NCBI GenBank assembly: GCA_963614875.1
Contig: CAVEFC010000001.1
Span: 28,285 to 92,284, forward strand
DNA: 64,000 bases
Origin: an uncultured Eubacteriales bacterium
GTDB taxonomy: Bacteria; Bacillota; Clostridia; Oscillospirales; CAG-272
Direction: 5' to 3'
Made by a program: the position numbers and the translations under genes. Below the pieces are notes generated by a model. The model did not search any database, had not been told where the DNA came from, and saw nothing but the letters and a program-made list of their open reading frames with translations. Below, one piece after another: positions 55,143 to 64,000 of the stretch. Numbering within the stretch: the first letter of the stretch is position 1; the number at the start of each line of letters is the position of its first letter.

Positions 55143-56429
55143 TTATTTATCCAGAGGCTCGACGACGCTCATCGCATAATATTTTTCGTCAAAGAGCTTA
55201 CGGAGAAGCTCTTCGGTATATTCAAACGATACCTCAGCCACAGCCTTGCTGTAATCCATAATGTCAATGCCGTCAAGAAGCATATAGGTTGCGTTGTTTG
55301 CGATGTTCTGCGTCGAATCGAAGCTCTTGACAAGGCTTGCGTAGTTGGCTTTCTTTATTCTTTCGAATTCGCCGCGGTCAAGACAGGTCTTTTTCTTTTC
55401 TTCGACGTATTTCACGAATTTATCGTAAACCGCCTCGGGATCGTCGCTCTCGCCGACAAGCTCGCCCATACCGTAGATATGGTCAATCGTGTAGTATGCG
55501 CCGAAGCCTCTGACAAGTCCGCTTTCGTAAACGTCTATCGCAAAGTCGGACGTACCGCCGAAAAGCATATCGTAAAGCACGCCGCCGGCGATTGATTTTT
55601 TCAGAAGCTCCTTCGGCTCTGCCGGTATTTCAATATCCTTTATGCCGATTTCAAACATCGGTTTTGCCACCGCCATTTTGACCTTTACGCGCTTTTTGTT
55701 GACCTCCGCCTTTTCGGGATTATAGCAGCGGACTATCTTCTTTTCCTCCTGAATTGGAAGAACCTTGTCAGCAACGGCAAGCACCTGCTCCATGGTGATG
55801 TCGCCGCTTGTCACGAGAACCATATTTGAAAGGTTATAAAACGTGCGGTAGCAGCTGTAAAGCAGATCCGCCGTTATTTCGGCAATGGATTCCACCGTTC
55901 CGGCGACATTTATTTTTATCTGACTGTCGGCATAAAGCGCTTCCATCATATTGTAATAGCGCGCTCTTGCGGGATTGTCCTCGCCCATTTTTATCTCCTG
56001 ACCGATGATTCCCTGCTCCTTTGCGACGGTCTGCGGAGTAAAATACGGCTTTGTAACGTAGTCAAGCAGGATTTCAAGGTTTTCGTCATAGTTGCCGGTG
56101 CAGGAGAAAAGGTAGCCTGTCATTTCGCTTGACGTAAACGCGTTTGCGTCCGCGCCGTATTTTGCAAAACGCTCGAACGTGTCGCTGCCGTCCTCGTTTT
56201 CAAACATTTTGTGCTCAAGAAAATGTGCGATGCCGTCCGGCACTTTCACAAAATCCTTGTCGCCCTCAAGCTTGAAGCAGTTGTCCGCCGCGCCGTATTT
56301 CGTTGAGAATATGGCATAGCTCTGACGGAATTTTTTCGGAATAACGTAAATATTGAGTCCGCTCTTGTGCTTTGTATGATAACATTTTTCGCCTATTGTT
56401 TTGTCTTCGCGCATTATTATCTCGTTCAT
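55143..56429 (-). CDS. M16 (pitrilysin/insulinase) family zinc peptidase, catalytic subunit
   Basis: HxxEH zinc motif (AHFLEHKMFE). Confidence 0.8.
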   Translation of the reverse strand: MNEIIMREDKTIGEKCYHTKHKSGLNIYVIPKKFRQSYAIFSTKYGAADNCFKLEGDKDFVKVPDGIAHFLEHKMFENEDGSDTFERFAKYGADANAFTSSEMTGYLFSCTGNYDENLEILLDYVTKPYFTPQTVAKEQGIIGQEIKMGEDNPARARYYNMMEALYADSQIKINVAGTVESIAEITADLLYSCYRTFYNLSNMVLVTSGDITMEQVLAVADKVLPIQEEKKIVRCYNPEKAEVNKKRVKVKMAVAKPMFEIGIKDIEIPAEPKELLKKSIAGGVLYDMLFGGTSDFAIDVYESGLVRGFGAYYTIDHIYGMGELVGESDDPEAVYDKFVKYVEEKKKTCLDRGEFERIKKANYASLVKSFDSTQNIANNATYMLLDGIDIMDYSKAVAEVSFEYTEELLRKLFDEKYYAMSVVEPLDK

Positions 56430-57706
56430 TTGCTCTCCTCCTGTCCGCAGAGGAAGTAGTACGTATCAAGACGTACAGCCTTCGCCCGCTCGGTTATCTG
56501 CTCTTTTGTAACGGCGTTTATCTTTGCCATTTTTTCTTCGTCCGTCAGCTTTCTGCCGTACATTACCTCGCCGAAAGCCTTCGCCGCAAGCGCGCGGATA
56601 TTGTCGTCTATGCCCATAATGTCGTCGCAAAGGGATTTTTTCGCCATTTCTATTTCATCCTCGGTTATTTCGCCGTTTTTCATTTTGTCAAGCTGAACCA
56701 TTATTTCGTCGAATGCCTTCTGCTCGTTTTCAAACTGAATTCCGGAGGCGACGGTCATCGCGCCCTTTTCGCCGATGAGAGACGACGAGCAGTAATAGCA
56801 GAGGCTGAGCTTTTCTCTGACGTTCATAAACAGCTTGCTTGCCGCGCTTCCGCCGAAAACGGTGTTGAACACCTTTGTCACGGCGTAGTCGTCGTCAGAA
56901 GCCGCGCTGCCCGTGAAAAATCCGAGGACAAGCACGCCCTGAGTGACGTTCTGCCTGTCATAAACCTTTTTTACCTGCGCTCTTGCCTCGCCCTTTGTGT
57001 CGGGTTCCGGCTCGTAGATTTCACCTCTTTCGACGGAGGAGAAAATTTCGGAAAATTTCTTTTCAAGGACGTCGCCGTCAAAATCGCCGACGGCGAAAAT
57101 TTCGATTCTTGCCGTGCGGAGCATATTTTTGTAGGCGTCGAAAAGGCACTTCGGGCAGACGGCATCGATTTCCTCAACCGAGCCTCCGTCGCTTCTGCCG
57201 TATGCGTCGTCCGAGAACATTTCCTCAAGCGCGCGGATTCTTGCGTATCTGCCCTTCTGGTTGATTGTCGCACGGACGGCGTCGGCTGCGATTTTCTTTT
57301 CGCCCTCAACGCTTTCGGCTTTGAAAACGCCGTTTTCCGTCACGGGATGAAGAATCACCTGCCCGATAAGCTCAAGCACTCCCGCCGTTATGTCGGTATC
57401 GTCTATCGCATACGAATTGCGAAGCGAGCTTGCTTCGATTGTCACTATGTGATTGTCGCCGTGCTTCCAGTGTCCCGACCATACGCCCGAGTCGTAAAGC
57501 TCCTGCTTGCGACGGCGCATATCCGCAAGCGCGGGATATTTTTCCGTTCCGCGCAGAATTACGGGGAAAACGAGCGCGTTCTTTGCCGCCGTATCCCTTG
57601 TGAGCGGCATAATGAATCTTATCTGAATATAGTTTGATTTGAACTTGTCCGCGGGGATATTTGTAAAATATGCCCCTTTGGCTATCTGTTTTCTTTCGCT
57701 ATACAT
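56426..57706 (-). CDS. M16 family peptidase-like protein (no HxxEH; probable non-catalytic partner)
   Basis: Start set at MYSERK (ATG 57706 after AAAGGA). M16 fold-like sequence. 4-nt overlap with the downstream catalytic subunit. Confidence 0.7.
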   Translation of the reverse strand: MYSERKQIAKGAYFTNIPADKFKSNYIQIRFIMPLTRDTAAKNALVFPVILRGTEKYPALADMRRRKQELYDSGVWSGHWKHGDNHIVTIEASSLRNSYAIDDTDITAGVLELIGQVILHPVTENGVFKAESVEGEKKIAADAVRATINQKGRYARIRALEEMFSDDAYGRSDGGSVEEIDAVCPKCLFDAYKNMLRTARIEIFAVGDFDGDVLEKKFSEIFSSVERGEIYEPEPDTKGEARAQVKKVYDRQNVTQGVLVLGFFTGSAASDDDYAVTKVFNTVFGGSAASKLFMNVREKLSLCYYCSSSLIGEKGAMTVASGIQFENEQKAFDEIMVQLDKMKNGEITEDEIEMAKKSLCDDIMGIDDNIRALAAKAFGEVMYGRKLTDEEKMAKINAVTKEQITERAKAVRLDTYYFLCGQEESK

Positions 57707-57963
57707 TGTTTTTCCTTTCGATGATTGTGGATTTACATATATTTTACTCCCATATCTTATATTTTTCAACACTTAAATTAAAAATCGTGCGACAATATAT
57801 TTACTCCCGCCTAATCCGATGTTGTAACGATTACAAAAACACGGCGCATATTGCTTTTCCGGCAAATGCCTCAGCGTCGGCTTGAAAACCGGCAAAGAAT
57901 AAAAATTTTGCGGTGTCCCGACGTTTTTTAAGCGTCAGAACGCCGTTTTTTTGCTCTGCTCGG

Positions 57964-57992
57964 TTGACATAAGTAAAATATGGTGCTAAAAT
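57964..57992 (+). promoter_or_regulatory. Sigma-A-type promoter of proS
   Basis: TTGACA (57964-69), 17-nt spacer ending in TGc, then TAAAAT (57987-92). Confidence 0.55.
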
Positions 57993-58026
57993 ATTTTGTA
58001 ACACTTAAAAAAGGACGTTTATTTTT

Positions 58027-59748
58027 ATGATGAAGGTTTCAAAGCTTTTGGGCGAGCATTTCAAGGAAGCTCCCGCCGACTGTCAGATCGCAAGTCATGC
58101 GCTGATGGTGCGCGGCGGATATATAAAGCAGGTAGGCACGGGAATTTTTTCGCTTTTCCCGTCGACAAAGCGCATAACGAGAAAAATCGAAAACATTCTG
58201 CGCGAGGAAATGGACAGAATCGGCGGTCAGGAGGTACTCTTCCCCGTCGCAATGCCCGCGTCGATATGGAAAGAATCCGGCAGATATGATTCGATAGGCA
58301 GCGAGCTGCTCCGTTTCAAAGACAGAAACGGTGCGGATATGGTTCTCGGTATGACGCACGAGGAAGCTGCCGTACATCTTGCTCGCGTCGCGGCGCAGAC
58401 ATATACGAAATTCCCTTATATGATTTATCAGATACAGACCAAATTCCGCGATGAGCCCCGTGCGCGCGGCGGTCTTATCCGCGTAAGAGAATTCACAATG
58501 AAGGATGCGTACTCCTTCCATACCTCGTGGGAGGATCTTCTCAGCTATTACGAAGAATGTTACGAAGCCTACAACCGTATCTTCCGTCGTTGCGGCGTGA
58601 AGAATTTCGTTGCGGTCAAAAGCGATTCCGGTATGATGGGCGGAAGCGTATCCCACGAATTTATGCTTCTTTCCGACATCGGCGAGGACACGCTTGTCAT
58701 TTGTCCTGAATGTGATTACAGATCCAATATGGAAGCTGCGGATTGCATAGTTCACAATCACGAATGTGAAATCGAGCCGCTTGAAGAGGTTTACACCCCG
58801 CATCAGAAAACAATCGAGGACGTCTGCAATTATCTTCACGCTCCGAAAGAGCGCTCCTGCAAGGCGGTGCTTTATCAGCGCAATGCAGACGATTCGCTTG
58901 TGATAGTTTTTGTCCGCGGCGATCTTGAAGTGAACGAAACGAAGCTCCGCAATTATCTCTGCGCCGAGGTTCATCCCGCGGCGGTTACGGAGGCTATGGG
59001 CGTTCATCCCGGATTTATAGGTCCGATAGGACTTCCCGAAAACGTTACCGTTGTATATGACGAATCACTCAAAGGTATAAATTCTCTTGTTGCCGGCGCG
59101 AACAAAGACGATACTCACTTCAAAGGGCTCAATATTGCCCGCGACGTAGGCGACGTTGAATATGTAAGCGTTGCGAAAGCCACCGCCGGAGGTATTTGTC
59201 CCGTTTGCGGCAAACATTCTATAACAATCAAGAAAGGCATTGAAATCGGCAACATATTCCAGCTCGGAACAAAATACACAAAGTCTATGGGTATGGAATA
59301 TATAGACAAGAACGGCGAAACGCAGAATCCCGTAATGGGCTGTTACGGTATCGGCGTGGGCAGACTTGCCGCGTCCATCTGCGAAGAAAGTCACGACGAT
59401 TACGGCCCTATCTGGCCTATGAGCATAGCTCCGTGGCAGGTTGAGGTCTGCAATCTCCGCGTTGACGACGAAAACGTCACAAAGACAGCCGAAAAGCTTT
59501 GCGCGGAGCTTGAAAAGCTCGGCGTTGAGGTTCTTTACGACGACAGAGATATCCGTCCCGGCGTTATGTTCGCGGATGCGGATCTTTACGGTATCCCCGT
59601 AAGAGCGGTTGTCAGCCCCAAGACGTGCGAACGCGGCGTTATCGAAATCTCGTACAGAGACAAGAGCGCAAAATATGACGTTGCGATAGACGAGGCGGCA
59701 GGCAAGCTCCGCGAAGTCGTCAGCGAAATGCTCGCAAAATACGAATAA
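58027..59748 (+). CDS. proS: Proline--tRNA ligase (bacterial type with editing insertion)
   Basis: Class II aaRS motifs (FRDEPRARGGLIRVREFTMKDAYSF; GCYGIGVGRL) and a C-terminal anticodon-binding domain. Confidence 0.9.
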   Translation: MMKVSKLLGEHFKEAPADCQIASHALMVRGGYIKQVGTGIFSLFPSTKRITRKIENILREEMDRIGGQEVLFPVAMPASIWKESGRYDSIGSELLRFKDRNGADMVLGMTHEEAAVHLARVAAQTYTKFPYMIYQIQTKFRDEPRARGGLIRVREFTMKDAYSFHTSWEDLLSYYEECYEAYNRIFRRCGVKNFVAVKSDSGMMGGSVSHEFMLLSDIGEDTLVICPECDYRSNMEAADCIVHNHECEIEPLEEVYTPHQKTIEDVCNYLHAPKERSCKAVLYQRNADDSLVIVFVRGDLEVNETKLRNYLCAEVHPAAVTEAMGVHPGFIGPIGLPENVTVVYDESLKGINSLVAGANKDDTHFKGLNIARDVGDVEYVSVAKATAGGICPVCGKHSITIKKGIEIGNIFQLGTKYTKSMGMEYIDKNGETQNPVMGCYGIGVGRLAASICEESHDDYGPIWPMSIAPWQVEVCNLRVDDENVTKTAEKLCAELEKLGVEVLYDDRDIRPGVMFADADLYGIPVRAVVSPKTCERGVIEISYRDKSAKYDVAIDEAAGKLREVVSEMLAKYE

Positions 59749-59822
59749 CCGTACTTTTCTTTGGAAAGAAAAGTAGGCAAAAGAAGCTTCGGTAATTGGT
59801 TTGCAAAACCCTATAATAAAGA

Positions 59823-59856
59823 AAAAACAGAGGTGATTTTTCATCTCTGTTTTTTC
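59823..59856. terminator. Bidirectional intrinsic terminator
   Basis: AAAAAACAGAGGTGA-TTTT-TCATCTCTGTTTTTT between convergent proS and recO. Confidence 0.7.
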
Positions 59857-59863
59857 TGCGTTT

Positions 59864-60667
59864 TTATTTCACCGAATTATAAAATTCAAGCGAGCGGAAG
59901 CTTCTTTCAAGATGACAAAGCAGATATTTTTCGCAGGCACCTGCAAATTCGTCCATCGCCTCGTCCTTCAGCTCAAAGGCGAACAGTCTTTCGGGCTTGC
60001 AGTAAAGCACATATCTCATCGCCGCAAACACGGACGGTGTAAGCGGAATTATAAGGTGCGCGTGCGAATATATTCCCTCCGCTTCGCTTGTGCGCTTGGT
60101 CTGAACGTCAAAATCGGTTTCCTTTGCGCGATAGCAGCTTTCACAGCAGAAATATCCGCCCTCGACATCAAAATAATATGTATCGAGCGCCGATTTTCCG
60201 CAGCCCTCGCACCCGACAAGATCGGGCATAAAGCCTGCCTCCGCCGCCGCGCGAAGCTCAAAAGCCGCCTTTATCTGCGCTATGGGTTTGAGCTTTCCGG
60301 CTATGCAGAAAAACGAATTCAGCACAAGCCGCAAAAGCTTTTCCTCGGGCTGATCTTCAAGGGAAATATCGCAGGCGACTTCGGCAATATATGCCGCAAG
60401 CGCCGCGCCTTCAAGCGTATCGCGGATGCCGAAAAAGCTTTCCGCCGGCACAGATTCCCGAAGATAATATTTATCGTGCGAGCCGTAGATGGTGAATTCC
60501 GAATAGGTGTAAAGCTGACACGCCACAAAATGCGGACTTTTCAGTCTTTTCACGCCGCCGCCGTAGACGGAAATCTGTCCCATTTCCGCCGTCAGCAGCG
60601 TAAGCATTTTGTCCGATTCGCCGACGTCTACCTCGCGGAGCACAACGCCTTTTACGGTGGATATCAT
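59864..60667 (-). CDS. recO: DNA repair protein RecO
   Basis: N-terminal OB-fold sequence (VKGVVLREVDVGESDKMLTLLT), a Cys-motif zinc region (CEGCG...CCESC), and conserved position after era. Confidence 0.85.
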   Translation of the reverse strand: MISTVKGVVLREVDVGESDKMLTLLTAEMGQISVYGGGVKRLKSPHFVACQLYTYSEFTIYGSHDKYYLRESVPAESFFGIRDTLEGAALAAYIAEVACDISLEDQPEEKLLRLVLNSFFCIAGKLKPIAQIKAAFELRAAAEAGFMPDLVGCEGCGKSALDTYYFDVEGGYFCCESCYRAKETDFDVQTKRTSEAEGIYSHAHLIIPLTPSVFAAMRYVLYCKPERLFAFELKDEAMDEFAGACEKYLLCHLERSFRSLEFYNSVK

Positions 60668-60677
60668 AAAGCCTCCG

Positions 60678-61568
60678 TCAGAGCTCCTCGCGCTTGAAGC
60701 CCATATTGCTTACAGCCGTTTCGGAAGCCCGCCAATTTTCTTTCACCTTTACCCAGAGGTCAAGGAACACCTTTATGCCGAAAAACGCTTCAAGATCCTG
60801 TCTTGCCGTTTCTCCGACGCGCTTGAGCGTTGCACCGCCCTTGCCTATTATTATAGGCTTATGGGAGGCTCTTTCGCAGAATATTTCGGCGCGGATGGAA
60901 AGAAGCTTTGGCGTTTCCTTCCAGTCTTCTATAACGACGGCTATTCCGTGCGGAATTTCGTCGCTTAAAAGCCGGAGCAGCTTTTCTCTTATGAATTCAG
61001 CCGCTATCTGTCTTTCCGGCTGATCGGTTATCATATCGTCGGGGAAAATCCATTCCCCCTCTATTGCGTATTTATCTGTTTCTTCAAAAATTATATCCGT
61101 GTTTTTGCCGTTCTTTGCGGATATCGGAATAACGGCGGCGAAGTTATATTTTTCGGAAAAACGAAGAATGGTATCGCCTATTTCCTTTGCCGTGCTTATG
61201 TCCGTTTTGTTTACAAGAAGTATGACGGGAACGCCTATACTGCCGAATTTCTTCATAAGCGATTCTTCTATCGGACCTATTCTGTCGCCTGCCGCGACGA
61301 TATAAAGAATAAGATCGACGCCTGCCGCAGCGTCGGACGCCGCGCGCATCATAAACGAGCCGAGCTTGTCCTGCGGCTTGTGAACTCCGGGCGTGTCAAG
61401 GAAAACGTACTGCGTTTCCCCGCGTGACGTTATGCCGGTGATTTTTGTGCGCGTGGTCTGGGGCTTATCGGAAACTATCGCTATTTTTTCGCCGAGCAAT
61501 GTGTTGAGAAGAGTCGACTTTCCCGTGTTTGCCCTGCCTATTATCGCCGTAAAAATATTCTTTTTCAT
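60678..61568 (-). CDS. era: GTPase Era
   Basis: G1 GRANTGKST, G3 DTPG, G4 NKTD, and a C-terminal KH domain. Confidence 0.9.
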   Translation of the reverse strand: MKKNIFTAIIGRANTGKSTLLNTLLGEKIAIVSDKPQTTRTKITGITSRGETQYVFLDTPGVHKPQDKLGSFMMRAASDAAAGVDLILYIVAAGDRIGPIEESLMKKFGSIGVPVILLVNKTDISTAKEIGDTILRFSEKYNFAAVIPISAKNGKNTDIIFEETDKYAIEGEWIFPDDMITDQPERQIAAEFIREKLLRLLSDEIPHGIAVVIEDWKETPKLLSIRAEIFCERASHKPIIIGKGGATLKRVGETARQDLEAFFGIKVFLDLWVKVKENWRASETAVSNMGFKREEL

Positions 61569-62062
61569 TTTGCGCTTTTACGCTCCTGTCCTATTGATGA
61601 TAATATTTTTTCCTGTTTTTCACGCATCAGCCTGTCCTCCTCATCGCTGCGCTCGTGATCGTAGCCGAGAAGATGAAGCGTCGAATGTACGGAAAGAAAC
61701 GCTATTTCCCTTTCGGGACTGTGACCGTACAGCTCCGCCTGCTCCATTGCGCGCTCAACCGATATCACTATGTCGCCGAGCACCGCACAGCCGTTCGCCT
61801 CGTCCGTATCCCAATCGGAATCGTCCTCCGAAAGTATCGGAAACGAAAGAACATCGGTGGGAGAATCCTTTCCTCTGTATTCGCGGTTAAGTCCGCGTAT
61901 GCCGTCATTGTCGGTAAACGTCACAGAAACCTCCGCCGGATGCGGAAAATCCTCGCTTTTCAGCGTTTCGCCGACAGCCCTTCGGATAAGCCTTTTCATA
62001 TCAGCCGTAACGGGCAGCCTGCTCTGACGGTTGAGAAAATATATTTCGTTGTGAAATCTCAT
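61565..62062 (-). CDS. ybeY: rRNA maturation RNase YbeY
   Basis: HSTLHLLGYDH zinc motif. Confidence 0.9.
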   Translation of the reverse strand: MRFHNEIYFLNRQSRLPVTADMKRLIRRAVGETLKSEDFPHPAEVSVTFTDNDGIRGLNREYRGKDSPTDVLSFPILSEDDSDWDTDEANGCAVLGDIVISVERAMEQAELYGHSPEREIAFLSVHSTLHLLGYDHERSDEEDRLMREKQEKILSSIGQERKSAK

Positions 62063-63081
62063 TTTTCGTCCCCTCCCGATCTTTTCATTCTGAATTTTTC
62101 GGGCGATTTTTTCATTTCCCTTTCGTATTTGTCGTAAGCCAGAATTATCTTCTGCACAAGCTTGTGACGCACGACGTCGCGCTCGGAAAATTCGTGTATC
62201 GCTATGCCCTCTATTCCGCGGAGTATTTTGGAAGCCTCCGCAAGACCGCTCCTTTTCCCGAACGGAAGGTCGGTCTGCGTTATATCTCCCGTCACTACGG
62301 CTTTCGAGCCCGAGCCGAGTCGCGTCAGAAACATTTTCATCTGCTCGGGAGTCGTGTTCTGCGCCTCGTCGAGAATGATGAACGAATCGTCGAGCGTCCG
62401 TCCCCGCATATATGCCAGCGGCGCAATCTCTATCGTTCCGCGCTCTATATGCCTCTGATACGTTTCCGCGCCGAACATTTCAAACATAGCGTCGTAAAGC
62501 GGGCGGAGATACGGATTTATTTTACTCTGAAGGTCGCCGGGCAGAAAGCCGAGTCTTTCTCCCGCCTCAACCGCGGGGCGCGTCAGAATTATGCGCGAAA
62601 CCTCTTTGTTGCGCAAAGCCGACGAAGCCGCCGCTACGGCAAGAAACGTCTTTCCCGTTCCGGCGGGGCCCAGCCCCAGAATAACGGTGTTTTTCTTTAT
62701 GGCGTCTATATATTTTTTCTGTCCCACCGTTCTTGCCTTTATGGGCTTTCCGCGCGTTGTGACGCATATGCAGTCGTCGCCGAAGCGTTCGAGCGGCTCG
62801 CCGCTTTTTACGGTATTTATCACATAATCCACGCTCTGCTCGGAAAGCTCCGTTCTCATAGCGACCATGGAAAGCAGATATTCGAGCGCGGAAAACGCCG
62901 AAAGAAGCGAATCGCTGTCCTCGCTGCGAATGATTATCGCATCGCCTCCGCCGCGGTCGCTTTCGCGGTTTGTAATGCTGACTCCGAACGCTTTTTCAAG
63001 CTTTGCGGCGTTCATATCAAAATTTCCGAAAAGACTTGCCGTCTGCTCCATTGTTTCGGTGTAAAGAATTTTTTCGTACAT
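62059..63081 (-). CDS. phoH: PhoH-family ATPase
   Basis: Walker A GPAGTGKTFLAV and Walker B IILDEAQN. Confidence 0.85.
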   Translation of the reverse strand: MYEKILYTETMEQTASLFGNFDMNAAKLEKAFGVSITNRESDRGGGDAIIIRSEDSDSLLSAFSALEYLLSMVAMRTELSEQSVDYVINTVKSGEPLERFGDDCICVTTRGKPIKARTVGQKKYIDAIKKNTVILGLGPAGTGKTFLAVAAASSALRNKEVSRIILTRPAVEAGERLGFLPGDLQSKINPYLRPLYDAMFEMFGAETYQRHIERGTIEIAPLAYMRGRTLDDSFIILDEAQNTTPEQMKMFLTRLGSGSKAVVTGDITQTDLPFGKRSGLAEASKILRGIEGIAIHEFSERDVVRHKLVQKIILAYDKYEREMKKSPEKFRMKRSGGDEK

Positions 63082-64000
63082 TTACTTATCTCCGTCTGTA
63101 TCGATGTATACTTCTTTTGCAATGTTTGCTATACAGTCTATATCCGTGTAAAGAACAAAAACGTCGCCGTCGGACTCCCATCTTTCCTCGCGCGCAAGTA
63201 TCTGCACGGAGGAAAGCGCCTCCCCGCTCTGCCGCAGTATTTCTTTTTCCGCAAGCATATACGCTGTTTTTTCGTCCGTGTCTGCGGACTCCGTGACATA
63301 TTCGGAATAAGTTCTTTTCACGATAAACAGCGGAAGCTCTATCCTGTCGAACAGGCAAATACGTTTTTCTTCCTCTATTGTATCATATTTTTCATAAGAA
63401 ATCTCGCTATTTCCGAAAAGATTTATTTTTTTTGAAAAAATTTTTATATCCGTTTCCGTTTTTTTCTCTCCCGTATAAACCTTTTTCTCGGAAACAAGCG
63501 GAATTTCGGCTTTGTAGGAAAGCGTTATTCTTGCAAGAACCTCTCCCCTTGCGCGGACAAGACGGTAGCCCACCGCCTGAGAATCTATAACTCCCGAAAC
63601 AAGAAGCTGTCCTTTTTTCACTATCTGTCCGCGCTTCACGCAAGGGATTCCGCCGCGAACCTCTATCGCTTCTATCTGACCGTCGCAGTCGGCAATCAGG
63701 TTCGACGGCTGTGAAAGCTCTTCGATTTCTTTGTCCTTCTGCTCGCGGACAATGACCGTTGCCACCGTTCCGCGCAGGTTTATGCTTGCATACGAAAGCC
63801 TTTCCGTTTCTATGACAAGCTCGTTTTCAAGTCGAGCGGTATCTATATTCGGTATATACGCGCCTATATAAAGTCCGCCGGCTTCAAGCGTTTCGAGAAT
63901 TTCCGCTTCGGAAAGCTCCGTCTGCCCCGTGACGTTTATATCCCACACGAAAAACGATGAAGCCGCCAGAAGCGCGGCGCAAAGCAGCGCTCCGAGAAAA
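63082..64000 (-). CDS. yqfD: Sporulation protein YqfD (N-terminus runs off the right window edge)
   Basis: Conserved position upstream of phoH-ybeY-era-recO. The reading frame stays open beyond the track start at 63948 (...FLGALLCAALLAASSFFVWDINVTG), i.e. a TM helix continues to the window end. Confidence 0.65.
   Translation of the reverse strand, partial: FLGALLCAALLAASSFFVWDINVTGQTELSEAEILETLEAGGLYIGAYIPNIDTARLENELVIETERLSYASINLRGTVATVIVREQKDKEIEELSQPSNLIADCDGQIEAIEVRGGIPCVKRGQIVKKGQLLVSGVIDSQAVGYRLVRARGEVLARITLSYKAEIPLVSEKKVYTGEKKTETDIKIFSKKINLFGNSEISYEKYDTIEEEKRICLFDRIELPLFIVKRTYSEYVTESADTDEKTAYMLAEKEILRQSGEALSSVQILAREERWESDGDVFVLYTDIDCIANIAKEVYIDTDGDK

Noticed and set aside
57773-58026. 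Possible T-box leader upstream of proS
   Set aside because: The best promoter (57964-57992) leaves only a ~35-nt leader. There is no T-box consensus, specifier-loop architecture or terminator/antiterminator pair.

Overview
This 64-kb window comes from a spore-forming Firmicute with Clostridia-like gene content: pro-sigma-K, yqfD, a ytvI-like gene, a SipL/DUF3794-LysM protein and a YaaH-like cortex hydrolase. Most of it is ordinary core genome. That part includes addB, a type IIA topoisomerase B/A pair, tadA, folD, lgt, an M16 peptidase pair, proS, and the recO-era-ybeY-phoH-yqfD block. Many long ORFs in the track are antisense shadows of these genes. Two regions stand out. (1) 20.9-32.5 kb is a tightly packed 12-gene operon behind one sigma-A-type promoter. 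It encodes an LDH-family dehydrogenase with Arg at the Gln102-equivalent position (predicted malate dehydrogenase), fumC, hdrB-hdrC-hdrA-mvhD, three Flx/Asr-like Fe-S and FAD/NAD subunits, and a soluble FrdB/FrdA-like pair with no membrane anchor. I read this as a candidate NADH-linked, possibly electron-bifurcating, cytoplasmic fumarate reductase plus the oxaloacetate-to-fumarate steps. (2) 36.7-43.8 kb is a compositionally distinct ~7-kb island bounded by a 42-nt direct repeat (41/42 identical). It carries two secreted proteins built from tandem Cys3-His modules. One has a cohesin and a C-terminal TM anchor; the other has a cohesin and a dockerin. Neither has a catalytic domain. A small serine recombinase lies beside them. 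Between the recombinase and the operon are two 26-bp hix-like sites (12+2+12) in inverted orientation. They flank a 113-bp segment holding an extended -10 promoter that currently points away from the operon, so this is a candidate phase-variable inverton. There is also an unclassified terminator-containing leader upstream of a CNNM/CorC-type transporter gene. No rRNA, tRNA or CRISPR array was found.
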